From Antedon mediterranea (taxonomy: Eukaryota; Animalia; Echinodermata), in the NCBI RefSeq assembly GCF_964355755.1, contig NC_092680.1:16191045-16255044 (forward strand): a stretch of 64,000 nt of DNA, read 5' to 3'. Positions 26,791 to 40,491 of this stretch are shown in pieces. Positions within the stretch are counted from its first letter, which is position 1. Every line of letters begins with the position of its first letter. The translations under genes were made by a program, and so were the position numbers. The notes under the pieces are model-generated. The model was not told the DNA's origin, searched no databases, and saw only the letters and a list, made by a program, of their open reading frames with translations.

Positions 26791-28850
26791 ACATTTCAAC
26801 ATCTTTAAACAAATTACAATATCCTATAATTTTTTTTTTATCGCAAGGGTAATTCTTTTTATTTATAATTGTGAATACGCCTACATGACTTTTGAGTTTA
26901 AAAGTTGTACCTTATTCCAGCAGCAAAAAAAGAACAGGGATAAAATTACTAATATTTGTAGTCATTGGGTTGCTGTAAATACTATATTAAATCAGTTAAT
27001 AGGTATATTTCCAAAACAAAAAAATGTTAAAGATGATGTTGCAGTTCAACGATGGAAAAATAAAACAATTAGGCCTAACAAAATCACGTTGGCTAAATTT
27101 CGCATGATGTGAAGTTTAACGATTCCACCGCAGGAAATCGCCTATCAGTAATTAGTGATTTTATTTTTATTATTAAACGCGTAGAATTCTATCTGAAAAA
27201 AGGTGAATTCCAATTTCATTTTAATGAGTACGACGATGTTTTATAATTTCAGTATATGAAATTCATTAATGCACAGAAGCCTTAGTGAATATCGACGACA
27301 CTGCAATAGGTTCTTCCGAAGTAGATGTTTCGTCATCTATAGAAATATATCAACATACATTAAGTATGCGAGATACAGTAATTAATTTAATAGGTTACAA
27401 ACTATACATGAACTAATAATAATTATTATTATTTGGTTTGACGCTTTTGCAACAGCGGCACAAACAATCGATAGTGCATCTTAATTATAACATTATAAAA
27501 TAGGATTAAATTATAATACTATAGATAACTATATGATAAGTACAGGTATATTTAAATAGTCCTGTCTGAAGATAAGATTGAATCCAAGTGTCCAACGGCG
27601 CAAAGTGCACCGCCAGCACAACCCGTTAACAGAACCAGTGGAGGTAGATCAAAAACAGCAAGCGACAAAATCACTAGATAATCACGAAGACAAAATATTG
27701 ATAGTATTTGGTAGAGTTATATTATTTTTTCGTACCTTTCATCAAGCTTTTTCATCGATTTTGATACGTTCTAATACAAGTAACTCCAAAAAATAACTAA
27801 CCCTAATCCTCACCCAACAACCACAACCAACGGTTTTTAAAAACTAAATAATCACTGATAGTTACTGGTAAAGTGAGTAAAGCCGATTTTAACCAATATC
27901 TTAGAAAATATGGACAGGTTCTTCTTTGCCCAATATTAAACACTTCTTTTGGTGGAGATGGTGGGTGAGTTTTGGTAGTGCTGGTTTTTGGTAATTGCCT
28001 TGTTGAGCATTTTGAAATAAAATCATTATATAAAATATACTTAATACCTTACCGATACCGCATTTACAATACAGTTGGTCATTGGAATACACTTTGAGTA
28101 CTTCAATATATTGGACATAATACTATTTTTTCACAGTAAGTTATTTAAATTATTCCAATGATTTATATTAAATTATTGTGTTGATCCGATAGTTAATGGA
28201 CGTACTAGGTATAGTTGATTCGTCCCCTTCGTGGCGCCTTGATAAGATTTCACGTCTGACGAGCACAATATTGAATATATCGTAAGCCTCTACCAAATTA
28301 AGAGAATACATGGCGTAAATATTATGTCGTATCAGAACCAGCACTCTACATCAAAGCAATATTTCGTCCATATGATTCACTTTTCGTTTTTTTTTTGGTT
28401 TTTGTTTATAGAATTAATTAAATCCATCCATGTTTGCTTTACCCACAAATTCTCCATTTTCAACTTCATCATTCTCCAAACTTCAGTTGTACAGGACCGA
28501 TCATATTTTCGATCCTTAAATGTATTGTAGCCTATGAAATCGTAGTGTATCTGCAGCTTGTTTGTAGTTCACGTGCTTATCTTCCATAAGGTCCAGGGTT
28601 CAATCATGAAAGAGTGACTAGGGTTCATTTTGTAACTCACGATTTATACTCAACTATGATGAAGCATCAAATGAAACTTAGTTTCAACAAGGAAGAATAT
28701 AAATTATAGTTTATCCATTCTGTTATTGGCGTTTCTCGCTGTTGAATGGATGCGAGTGAAATAAAAAGGAAAAGACGATGTTATCTTGAAAGAGGAAATT
28801 CTGATTAATCGTACATTTTATTTATTTCCACAAAGCAGCTTGTAGGAGCA

Positions 28851-29714
28851 ATGGCGTCATCGAATTATGAGAGAACACACTTGCTGACAATTGAACCTGA
28901 TACCTACTGGTCAATGACTTCTGATATTGTTGATGTTGAATTTGATATTAATGGGAACATTCTTGTCTGCAACTCGACCGATGAAATTATAAAGTTCAAT
29001 CAACAAGGCAAATTTTTATCAAAATTTTCCGTTGGTCTTAACAGAAAAATAAAGGGAATGTCGTGTAATAAAAAGGGTCAAATTTTTATGACCGATGACA
29101 ACGCAAAAGAAGTGATAGTCTGTGATGGTAAGGGTCAAGTAACGTTCACATTTTTAGTATCACGTGATCCAATTCATCCCAGAGGATTAGTAGTTTCAAA
29201 AGAAACGGGAGATGTGTTTGTTGTGGACAGTTACGCGAAAAATGTTCTACGATTCACAGAAGATGGGAAATCATTAAAGACATTTAGGCCTATAGGCATA
29301 TATAATGAGGTAAAGGGAAACTTAGTTTCCCCATTTTATATAGCCTTGGATTCAAACCAAAATGTACTTGTAAACGATACGGAGCAGAATCGTGTCCAAG
29401 TATTTCGACCAGACGACGGTCAGTTTGTCCGATCTCTACGTGGATGTCGCCATCCAGGAACGTCTTTAGAATTCTTAAATCAACCGAATGGTATTGCTGT
29501 TTTTGAAAACGGAGCTGTAGCCGTCGGTTCACAAGCTGGGTTGTTTGTTTGTAAGAATGAATCATACGGGCCCATACTTCGTAGGTTTGACGATAAAAAC
29601 AGTTCGAACAGCATTATGGGTACTAAAGGTATTGCTACTTACCGTAACATTTTGGCAGTCGCATTATCGATAGCAAATGCCGAGTCCACCATCGAGTTAT
29701 TTAAGGATTCATAA
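28851..29714 (+). CDS. NHL-repeat beta-propeller protein (TRIM-NHL-like C-terminal domain only), 287 aa ORF
   Basis: Uninterrupted ORF with NHL repeats: PRGLVVSKETGDVFVVDS, PFYIALDSNQNVLVNDTEQNRVQVF, LNQPNGIAV. No RING or B-box. Possible splice acceptors at 28833-28838, so it may be a terminal exon. Confidence 0.85.
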   Translation: MASSNYERTHLLTIEPDTYWSMTSDIVDVEFDINGNILVCNSTDEIIKFNQQGKFLSKFSVGLNRKIKGMSCNKKGQIFMTDDNAKEVIVCDGKGQVTFTFLVSRDPIHPRGLVVSKETGDVFVVDSYAKNVLRFTEDGKSLKTFRPIGIYNEVKGNLVSPFYIALDSNQNVLVNDTEQNRVQVFRPDDGQFVRSLRGCRHPGTSLEFLNQPNGIAVFENGAVAVGSQAGLFVCKNESYGPILRRFDDKNSSNSIMGTKGIATYRNILAVALSIANAESTIELFKDS

Positions 29715-30554
29715 TAATTTTAAGATATTAGCTTTTAAGAATGTGGTGTTCTTTGATAAAATTGCGACAAGCGAACCAGAAAGGTTTCATTGATTATCAA
29801 TATACAAATGTATAACTATTAGACGTATTTAAAAAAAGACATTTGGTAAATTATTAAATTTAGAAAGCAAAACTATTTTTACTCATATTAATTTTAGAAG
29901 CAAAAGAGCAATCCTAAGAAATTGTAGAAGTGTCTCAAACATGTTGGTGTCTTTAGGTAAATAAAAGGAAACACCAAGTAACTATATAATACATCAACAC
30001 ATAACGATATAATATTCATGACAAAAAGGAAGATGCCGATACATTAGATATTTATTTCACCGATGAGGTGGTGAACTTATCAGAGAAATTGCCGCTCCTT
30101 GGTAATGTTACGACATAATGCTATAAAGGAAAGGGTGTATTGTTAAATGAGTTTTCGTCTGAATAGGTTTCTGAAAAGAATTAACTATTTAAAGTAACAA
30201 TAAAGCCGTTGATCTGAATGCTTTACTAGATTGCTTAAGGATAGGACTCTAGTCTATGTTAACAAATACAAACATTATAAACATATTTATACAGTTGTGT
30301 AATTTAGGGTTCCAAAAGTGATCCAAAATCGAAGTTTGTAACTTTCGACCTGTTTTTACCTTGTCTATGATGACAAGGTTTCGAACCTTTTACTAAATAG
30401 ACCATGGCTTTATTTCAATAGTAAATTGTTATGATTTTCAGTCTGGTTTGAGATCATCTATTGATTCACCTGGCAGAATGTAAGGAGTATTGGTAATTAA
30501 CTGCCATGGTTAATTACTGATCTTTCATCTTAAAGTCCCTAGTCTCTCTAGTCT

Positions 30555-31320
30555 ATTATTATTATTATTTATTGCCAAAAACCAGTTACAAACAAACAAA
30601 AACACAGAAACTAAGGGAGTAGGCAGGAACCTAAAAGTGAACCTAATCACTATAACAAGAGTTCAGGTTCCGTACTCCCAAAGTAACAACAATGATATAA
30701 AATAAACTATATAAAAATATTTAAATAACAAATAGACGAATCAACAGTGTCAATATAAAATAAACGGATAAAATACATAATAGTCGATTCAACAAAGTCA
30801 ATATAAAACATGTGATTTAAGTGAATTTAAAAATGTTGGAAAACTGTCTAAAATTAAAGAATTTTTAATCATTTCCGGTAATTCTTCCCACAACCTAGGG
30901 AATATATTAATAGCGGAATGATGAAGACAATTGGTTCGAGCATAGTGATGAATGAACTTAAGTGTATCAAGGTGACGGCCATTAACAACTATAGATTGAC
31001 AAACACTACTACAATCAACCGTTCCAATAAGTGATTTACAAAAGGATAACAGAAGATAATTTCTTCGATTAGATAGTGTAGGCCAATTTAGCTTAGTGAG
31101 ACGTTCCTCGTATTCCATTTCACTTCTTGTTTGTTTAAGGACAAGCCTAGTAGCCCTTCGCTGGACTGCCAAGTTTTTTGGTTCGAGGCAACCACGCTGG
31201 GACACCATATTCAAGGATGGGGACAATGAGAGCTTTATAGAGTGAGAAAATAGCTGAAGGGGATAATCCTCCTGCAATACTAGTAATAAAACCCAACATT
31301 CGATTTGAACGAGAAATAAT
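30555..31320 (-). mobile_element. 5'-truncated LINE (CR1/L2 group) 3' end
   Basis: ORF2 C-terminal motif VQRRATRLVL..YEERLTKLNWPTLSNRR..RLWEELP and a (TAA)n tail at about 30555-30570. The flanks TCTCTCTAGTCTA and TCTATTCTTATTGGAAAG are nearly contiguous in paralogous copies at about 34491-34530 and 41841-41880. Confidence 0.85.
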
Positions 31321-34300
31321 TAGTAATCAATCTATTCTTATTGGAAAGTTGAAAGAAGTGTTACTAGTTTGGAAAGTCAATGCAATGGTTTTATTAAATG
31401 GTTTGCATAATTGTTGATAATGGTGGACCGTTAACCCTAACCCCAACCCTTGGTAAAAATAAGGGATGGACATTTTGAACTCTTGTTGCTCCTACGTAAA
31501 TGATTTGGAATCTCTAACTAAATGTGTAGGCCTATGCTTATAATTATTGCGCTTGTGGTTTCTGCAATAAAAAAAAAGTAATCAAATTCAAACTAGAAAC
31601 TGAACCGTGTATCAATAGAACATGACCCAAAATAATTGAAGCAATGCCTATAATTGTATTATTGTTATTATTATGTCAATAGGGTTCATTTACCCTAACT
31701 TTTGTATCTCAATCGATCCAACTACTGTAAAGTATGTCATGGCTCTAGGCTAGTTCATGGGCTGTTCAGGATTTTATGTAGGCCTAGTATAATAATTTAT
31801 ATTTGTTTAATATAGTATATTCGAGAAAGGTAAGCAATTATAGCCCTTCTTAACCTGCTGGATGCTAAATCTATGAACCAATAATCCATTCATTGCGGAG
31901 AATGTTACCACGATGATTTTCTGGGAATTTACAGTAGTAAAGTATAAGGCATCAGCTAAATTATTCAAACTGTGAATTGTCGATTCTTTTAGTGGTATTT
32001 TAAATAAAGATTTTAATATTATTAAGGCCCTTGTACAGCAGTAAAAGCTAATTAATTTATAAATGTGTTGCATAATATTTTTTTCTTCTTTCTCTTGTTG
32101 TTTTCTTGAATTAGATTCTTTAATTCACATTCACATCCAACAGCCAAAGGCCAATAACAGGATGTCTTATTCATTTATTGTATAAGCTTAACTTTATAAG
32201 GAATGTACAATAAAATATAGGCCTATTGGATATGTAGTTCTGAGATTTCTATAAAAATGGCAAATTAATATAACATGAACTTAAATTACAAACGTTCTTG
32301 GAGTGGACATTTGTTCCATCTACCCTTTCTACTTTGAGATCTAGAAATCGACATGTTGGTAACTCTTTTACGTTTATTATCTGTAATATTTAACAAATGG
32401 TAACTAATTCAATCTTTGATTTAAATAATTTAAAATACTTTAATTTTGAATTTGATTTTAAACGGCTCATTAATATTTGTTTTTCTAAATCAAGCAGTCT
32501 AATATTAAAACCATTAATACATTTATATTTATTTTCATCTTTCTGATCGTACCAGACGTATCCATAGCCAATGTAACAACGCAAATCTTTCACTGGTTTA
32601 ACCCAACAATTTTCAAGTCAATTCAAATAACAAAAAGACGACGAAGTAACTTCACCAATACCGGACGTGAAAGAAATAATATATACTGATGTCAATTTGG
32701 CAATTATGATGGAATCACACGAAATGTATGATGAGTCTACTACGTTTATTTTCCTCCTAAAAACGAAACGTTTCAACATTTTTCAGTATTAATTTAACAC
32801 ACAGTGCATTTTTGTTACGAATAGCGCCCCGTACTATAGACTGGGAATTTCCAGATATTAATTTCAGACAGCATTGTTAATTAATTGTTAATGGTGTAAA
32901 AATTAAATCTATTTTATCATTTTATATGAATATTTATGTTTGTTTTTTGTTAAAGCATCATCGAAATTAAAACAATTTGTTTATTATTATAATGTTTAAA
33001 TGAGGCTTTGCTTAATTATGGTTAATTTTACAGTTAAATTAGTAAATACTCCAAGAATCCAAATTAGGTATGAGCCTGTTGTTTGAAATAAATAATCACT
33101 GATTTTATGCGAATAAATTATTTACTGTATACAAGTAAGATGTTATAATTTGTATGTATGTCTAACAATTTATTACGATTCGACCTGCTGTAGCCTATCA
33201 TTGAGTAGCATATACGTTACGTGTCATAAAGGACTCACAGCTTTCCTCGGTGTAACGTGGCGGGCTGCACCATACCATATCTAGTAAACTATAATATACG
33301 ATACGATTGACAAAATACAATTTATAATATATTACCATTATCATTATCATTACGTAAAAGTTTTTAAATTTGTATAAAGTGAACTATGAGATATAAGACG
33401 TATGACAACCATCGAAGGAAGGGTCCCTGTGAAGTGTTAGGCTTTTCATTTTTTTATACTGAGACAAGCATATTTGCCACTTTAGTTTAGTCAAAGGACA
33501 TTTGTCTACAAATTAACACTTTAACATCTGTGGCGAAGAGTGGGAATTTCCTGATTATAATATAATAGATAAATATAGTCAATGGTGTAAAGCTGAAAGC
33601 GGTGACGTGTACCGTAACCATTTATGAATATTTATATGTATTAGCCGTGTACAGTATTTAAAATAATGTACATTGATTATGCTCGGACGAGACCTAAAAA
33701 TTTCCTTAAAATCTAGGTCAGCACGTGGTGAAATTATTTCTCCATGATCATTAAAAGAATCCAAATGTTATGAAGCTGAGTTAAGCCTGTGTGGGTCCTG
33801 TTTGAAATGAATATGTCACTGATTTATTGCGAATGAATTATTTACTGTGTTTAAATAAGATAATTATACTTATCATGTGTGCCTGACACTTTGTTGCGGT
33901 ACTACCTCTGTCTGTAGCCTAAATCAAAGAAGATTTGAACCAGCCAATACGCCACGTGTCAAAAAGGAAACTAACATCTTCCTTGGTGTAACGTGACGGG
34001 CTACATACGAAAAATATCAAAATTAACTCTACACTACACGTCACGAAAAAATAATTAAAAATAAATAATGAATGTATTAAAAGTAAATGAGATATGTTTC
34101 TGCAGAGGGCCCCTGTGAAGTGTCGGCTTTTTACTTTTTAATTGTTTCCTTTTTCCCATTTGCTAGCATTATTACTGTATTTCTAAAAAAATAAAACTGT
34201 TCAAAAACAATAATACAAAACAATAATATTGAAACAATTAAACGAACATAATGAGCATGAATGCCCATACGCTTATACAACGTCAACAACAAACAGCAAA

Positions 34301-36876
34301 GTTTAAATAAATTCGTATGTTATATTCTTTGTTTTTGTGCTTTATCTTTTAAATAAGTAAAATCAGTAAATTGTACGGTATTTATGATTTTCAGTCTGGT
34401 TTTAGATCATCTATTGATTCAGAATGTAAGAAATAATGGTAATTAACTGCCATGGTTAATTACTGATCTTACATCTTTAGAAGTCTCTAGTCTCTCTAGT
34501 CTAGTCATTACTCTATTCTTATTGGAAAGTGAAGAAATGTGAATATAGCTTAGCCTAATTGGGAAGTCACTGCACTGGTTTTATTCGATGGCCTAATGGT
34601 TGATAATAGTGGACCATTCATCCTTGGCAAAAATAAGGGATGGACATTTTTAGGACCCTTGTTTAACATACGTAAATTATTTAAAATCTCTAGCTAAATA
34701 TGTAGGCCCGCTTTATGGTGTTTTGTGGTTTCTGCTAAAAAAAACCAACAAAACACAGTATCAAATTCAAAGCGACTGCACCGTGTATCAACATGACTGA
34801 TCGTACCAGACGTATCCATAGCCAATGTAACAACGCAAATCTTTCACTTGTTCAACCCAACGATGTTCAATATTATTTGTACATATTTACCGGACCGTTC
34901 CCTCTGATCCACATGATGTTCAAATAACAAAAAGAGGACGGAATGACGTCACCAATACTGGTGTCAGAGATGATATATGCTTACTGACATAAATTGGATA
35001 ATTGTGATAAAATCACACGAAATGTTTGTTTCCTCCTAAAAAACGAAACTTTTCTACCATTTTACATTATCAATTTAACACACAGTGCATTTTTGCTACG
35101 AATTGCGCCCCGTACTATAGATAGGGAATTTCCAGATGTTAATTTCAGACAGCATCGTTAATTAATTGTCAATGGTGTAAAAATTAAATCTATAGTATCG
35201 TTTGATATGAATATTTATGCTTGTTTTTGTTAAAGCATCATCGAAGTTAAAATATTTTGTTAATTTTATTAACAGATTATAATGTTTATATATGAGGCTC
35301 TGTACCTAATTATGGTTAATTTTATAGTTAAATTAGTGAATCCTCAAATAATCCCAATTAGGTGTAGGCCTGTTGTTTGAAATAAATAATGTCACTGATT
35401 TTATGCGAATAAATTATTTACTGTATACAAGTAAGATGTTATAATTTGTATGTATGTCTAACACTTTATTGCGATTCGACCTGCTGTAGCCTATTGCGCG
35501 CAGCATATACGTTACGTGTCATAAAGCTTTTCATTTTTATTTTTTAGTTTCTTTTTGAGAGACAAGCATGCCACTGTAATTTAATCTATCATCACAAAGG
35601 ACATTTGTCTACAATGTCACAATTTCAATATAACATAGGCATACTTTGCTACATGTTGCACCCCATACTATATGGCGAAGTGGAATTTCCAGATTGTATA
35701 AGTAGAAAAATTACATAGTCAATTATGTAAAACTGAAATCGGTGACGTATTACCGTAACCATTTATGAATATGTATATGCATTAGCGTGTATTTAAAATA
35801 ATGTATATTCCAAAGATTATGCTTGGACGAGACATATCCTTATTATTACAAAAATAGGTATTATTTCTCCGTCGTCATAAAAGAATGCACATTTTATGAA
35901 GCTGCGGTAGGCCTATTTAGGCTTTGTTTGAAATAAATATGTCACTGATTTATTGCAAATGAATTATTTACTGTGTATAAATAAGATGATTATACTTATA
36001 GTATGTGCCTGACACTTTGTTGCGGTACTAACTTCTGCTTGTAGCCTATTCCAAACGGCCCTTATGTCACGTGTCAAAAAGGAAATTCTTCCTTGGTGTA
36101 ACGTGGCGGGCTGCTACAATAAAATCTAATTAACTCCTATACTACATCACAAACAAACAATTAAAATTTAAAAATAAATGAATCTTCAGCAGATGAACGT
36201 ATTAGAAGTTATAAGATATCTTCAGCAGAAGGCCCCTGTGAAGTGTCGGCTTTTTACTTTTTAAACATGTCTCTTTTGTTCCATTTGCTAGCATTATTAC
36301 TGTATTGTTTGAAGGTTTGCATGGTGAAATCAAATGTTGATATATGAGTTTGCGGTATCACGATATTAGAATATACGTGTACCGCATTCCGCAAACGTTA
36401 TCATTATTACTGTAGGCCTATTTAAAAAAAAATAAAACTGTTCCCAAAAAAAAATGATACGAAATGAGCATGAATGCTCTAAATAGTGCTTTAATATCTT
36501 TTTATAAATACATTTTAATGAGAAGATTATTTTACACGATTTGACAGATTCTTTGAAAATGTGTTTCTTTCGAATGCGTTTTAGTCGTTGGGGTTATTCC
36601 ATGTAGCTATACAATTAGCTAGCTCCATGGTTATGAACAGATTATAATGTGTAAATGAGGCTTATTACTACCTAATTATGGTTAATTTTATAGTTAAATA
36701 GTAAAATCCTCAAAGAATCCAAATTAGGTTTAGGCCTGTTGTTTGAAATAAATAATGTCACTGATTTTATGCGAATAAATTATTTACTGTATATAAGTAA
36801 GATCATTATAATTGTTAATGTATGTCTAACACTTTACTGCGGTTTTCTTCTGCTGCCTGCAGTGGCATATTCATTG

Positions 36877-39800
36877 GGCGGCGATTTTTTTTTTCGTACA
36901 TAAGTTGGGGACCCCCCTCATGAAACGTCACAGAATAAACATGAATAATTCATCAGTTAAATTTTCTTGTTCCGTGTGCACCCAAGCGTATAGCAACAAG
37001 AAGTGATTATAGTCCAGTAAAATATCACCTTCACCATTGCATAACGTTAGTAGTCAACGAGATTCTCACCGTAGGTTCTAAACATTATGTAAAGATCATT
37101 TATTGATGTTGCGTCGCGTAAAAGTTGGGATTTGTGGAGAAAATGAAGTTTTTATACGCAGTTTTTGCTTCCTTTCGTCGTGGTTTGTTTTCATCGAAAA
37201 ATGACGTCATGGGGCATAAGTGAATGACACGCCATTGTCGACATTTGCGTTCGTATTAAAAAGTGAATTTTAAATGTACGAATATGGTATTAATTATCTG
37301 TATTACATTGTATTATTATGTATTACATATATAACAAGTCATTTTGATAAAAAATAAGTCAAATAAATATGAAAAACAAAGGAAAATTGTGATTTTTGCA
37401 TGTCATCTGAAGTGACCTTCCATACAATGTGATAGCGCCCTCTATAAGTATTGATACACTCGCACTTCAAACTGCAAGCTTTTTTGATTCATTCATTCAG
37501 AAATACAATTTAAGGAAGAAATCGAATCAAGGGCATTATTACTTGGTTTATTATATATTTATGATGTTTTCCCCAAAAATAATTACCAGTATGTACATTT
37601 TGCGAATTGTAGATGTACCGGCGGTATGAAATTAAAAAAAGCTGTTTACGCGGTCTGTAGCCTAACGATATAATAATAATTATATGTATAAAATAATTGT
37701 TACTTTTTTTCTGATAAATCAGTATGAATATGTTTACTTAGCGCTGCTTTAAGCACCCTATTAAAAAAGAAAAGAAACAAATTGATTTAAGCCTATTTTT
37801 TGTCACGTTTTCGGTAATTAATTGTCTTCTTCGCTCTCACTATCTGATTCATCACTGTTCTCATCATCCGAGTTAAAGGAGTCGTTCTCGGCAATCGCTC
37901 GTTCAATTCTGTTGGAAGAATCTCGCTTTCACACCACAAAGGCCCCAGCAAATCGTTATCGCCAACGCACCATCCGTTATTGTCTTGGGGTTTCGGCAAC
38001 TCGTAAAATCGGTGTTAGTGCGAGCCTCCACAGATCCTGACTTGATAGTTCGATCATCGTGCGTTGTATATGTTGATGCAAGCATCTACGCGACGGTGGA
38101 AAGTTAGCTAATTTTTAAATCAATGTTTTTTTAACACTGATTATTCCGGGTTTTTTTTCTTGCATTTCCTGCGAAAAAAGTCAAATCTAAGTTTATCGGT
38201 AGGCCTACGCCTTGCTTTCGAACGGAATCCATATAATAACAGGCACGTGAACTATTCCAGTTCCAACATTAACTCTTCTTCTCCTTTCCAACTTTCTCCT
38301 ACTTTCTTGAAAACCTCTTCAAATTTTGGATATTTTTCGACAAGTTTAATGGCCTTTAATTTTCCTTCCCTTGAAAGCGCTGGTCGTGCTGCACTTTGTG
38401 AACGCATGCAGCCCTAGAATGGCATTACATCGACTTGGGGTGATTTCAGTGGCTAAACTGTGAGATTGGTTATTCGTCAATTCCTGCCACTGCCTGTATC
38501 GAATAGGACTTTTGCAATAATGGACGAAACAAAATGTAACAATATAAAAAAAAAACATCGCTGGATCCCGATCGAAATCAAGGAGTACCGATGAACTTAG
38601 ATTTTACTTTCTTCGCAGGAAATGCAAGGAAAAAGACGGATAATCAGTGTTAAAAAACATTGATTTAGCTAACTTTCCACCGTCGCGTAGATGCTTGCAT
38701 CAACATATACGACGCACGATCGAACTATCAAGTCGTGATCTGGAAGCTCGCACTAACGCCGATTTAAGAGTTGCCAAAACCTCAAGACAATAACGGATGG
38801 TGCGTTGGCGATAACGATTTGCTGGGGCCTCTTCCAACAGAATCGGATGATGAGAACAGTGACGAATCAGATAGTGAGAGCGAAGAAGACGATTAATTAC
38901 CGAAAACGTGACAAAAAGTAAGCTTAAATCAATTTGTTTCTTTTTTTTAAATATGGTGCTTAAAGCAGCGCTAAGTAAACATTATTATTCATACTGATTT
39001 ATCAGAAAAAAGTAACAATTATTTTATACATATAATTATTATGATATCGTTAGGCTACAGACCGCGTAAACAGCTTTTTTTTAATTTCATACCGCCGGTA
39101 CATCTACAATTCGCAAAATGTACATACTGGTAATTATTTTTGGGGAAAACATCATAAATATATAGTAAACCAAGTAATAATGCCCTTGATTCGATTCCTT
39201 CCTTAAATTGTATTTCTGAATGAATGAATTTATAACAACAAAAAGCTTGCAGTTTGAAGTGCGAGTGTATCAATACTTATAGAGGGCGCTATCACATTGT
39301 ATGGAAGGTCACTTTAGATGACATGCAAAAATCACAATTTTCTTTTGTTTTTCATATTTATTTTACTTATTTTTTATCAAAATGACTTGTTATATCTGCG
39401 ATACATAATAATACAATGTAATACAGATAATTAATACCATATTCGTACATTTAAAATTCACTTTTTAATACGAACGCAAATGTCGACAATGGCGTGTCAT
39501 TCACTTATGCCCCATGACGTCATTTTTCGATGAAAACAAACCACGACGAAAGGAAGCAAAAACTGCGTATAAAAACTTCATTTTCTCCACAAATCCCAAC
39601 TTTTACGCGACGCAACATCAATAAATGATCTTTACATAATGTTTAGAACCTACGGTGAGAATCTCGTTGACTACTAACGTTATGCAATGGTGAAGGTAAT
39701 ATTTTACTGGACTATTACACAACTGCGATACGATACTTTTACAGTAGGCCTAGGATTCTAAGTCAATTCACGTGATTGCCTTCGCGCACTCTTCTTCACA

Positions 39801-40491
39801 CACACACACACCACTATGCAAAATGTGTCGAGTCGAGGCTAATCGACAGCTAGGCAAGACATTACACTAAGTAGTAATTCATTGGACATAGCCCAAAGAA
39901 AGCTTAGACCCACAAGAATAAAGAATGTGTATAATTTGTGTACTGTATTTTTTTAATTCTGCTATTTTATTATCAAACAATATGCATGTAATCAAAGGAA
40001 CTGCGCGTATATGAACACATGAGATGGGAAGGTTAGACCCACGAGAATAAAAAATGTATTTTTGTGTAATGTTTATTGTTTAATTTTGCTGACTCTAACA
40101 CACACGTCACACACACCAACACAGCTACTACTAGAATAGACATGGGTTTAGAGAATAGTAATTAGGCCTAATAGTATCTATAGAAACTATAATTTTAACA
40201 CGTAATTCTTTAGTAATAAATTATATTAAACACACCATAAACTAAAGGCTGATTATTTCGACAATCCACACAAAACGCCGCTATTCTATTATGAAATCGC
40301 ACGCGGCAACCACAGCGGAGATAGGCCTAGAATCGTACCGCACTTGTGTAAACTACTGTAATCACTTCTTGTTGCTATACGCTTGGGTGCACACGGAACA
40401 AGAAAATTTAACTGATGAATTATTCATGTTTATTTTGTGACGTTTCATGAGGGGGTCCCCAACTTATGTACGAAAAAAAAAATCGCTGCCC
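36877..40491. mobile_element. MITE-like element with about 130-bp TIRs (possibly Mutator-like), hosting a nested element
   Basis: GCGATTTTTTTTTTCGTACATAAGTTGGGGACCCCC...AAGAAGTGATTA at the left end, its reverse complement at 40360-40491. It interrupts unit A3. TSD not cleanly resolved. Confidence 0.85.
37010..39714. mobile_element. Academ-like non-autonomous fold-back element with about 1.1-1.2 kb inverted arms
   Basis: Termini TAGTCCAGTAAAAT...ATTTTACTGGACTA with 3-bp TSD TTA. The empty site in the sister MITE (near 42863) has a single TTA. Decayed transposase motifs LGLHAFTKCSTTSAFKG, LPPSRRCLHQHI and PKPQDNNGW. Confidence 0.75.

Noticed and set aside
33579-33764. Duplicated minus-strand ORF MDSFNDHGEII (also 40903-41091) as a small peptide gene
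   Set aside because: It starts at TTG, occurs only in the two most similar B copies, diverges by frameshift between them and is not maintained in B2 or B4.
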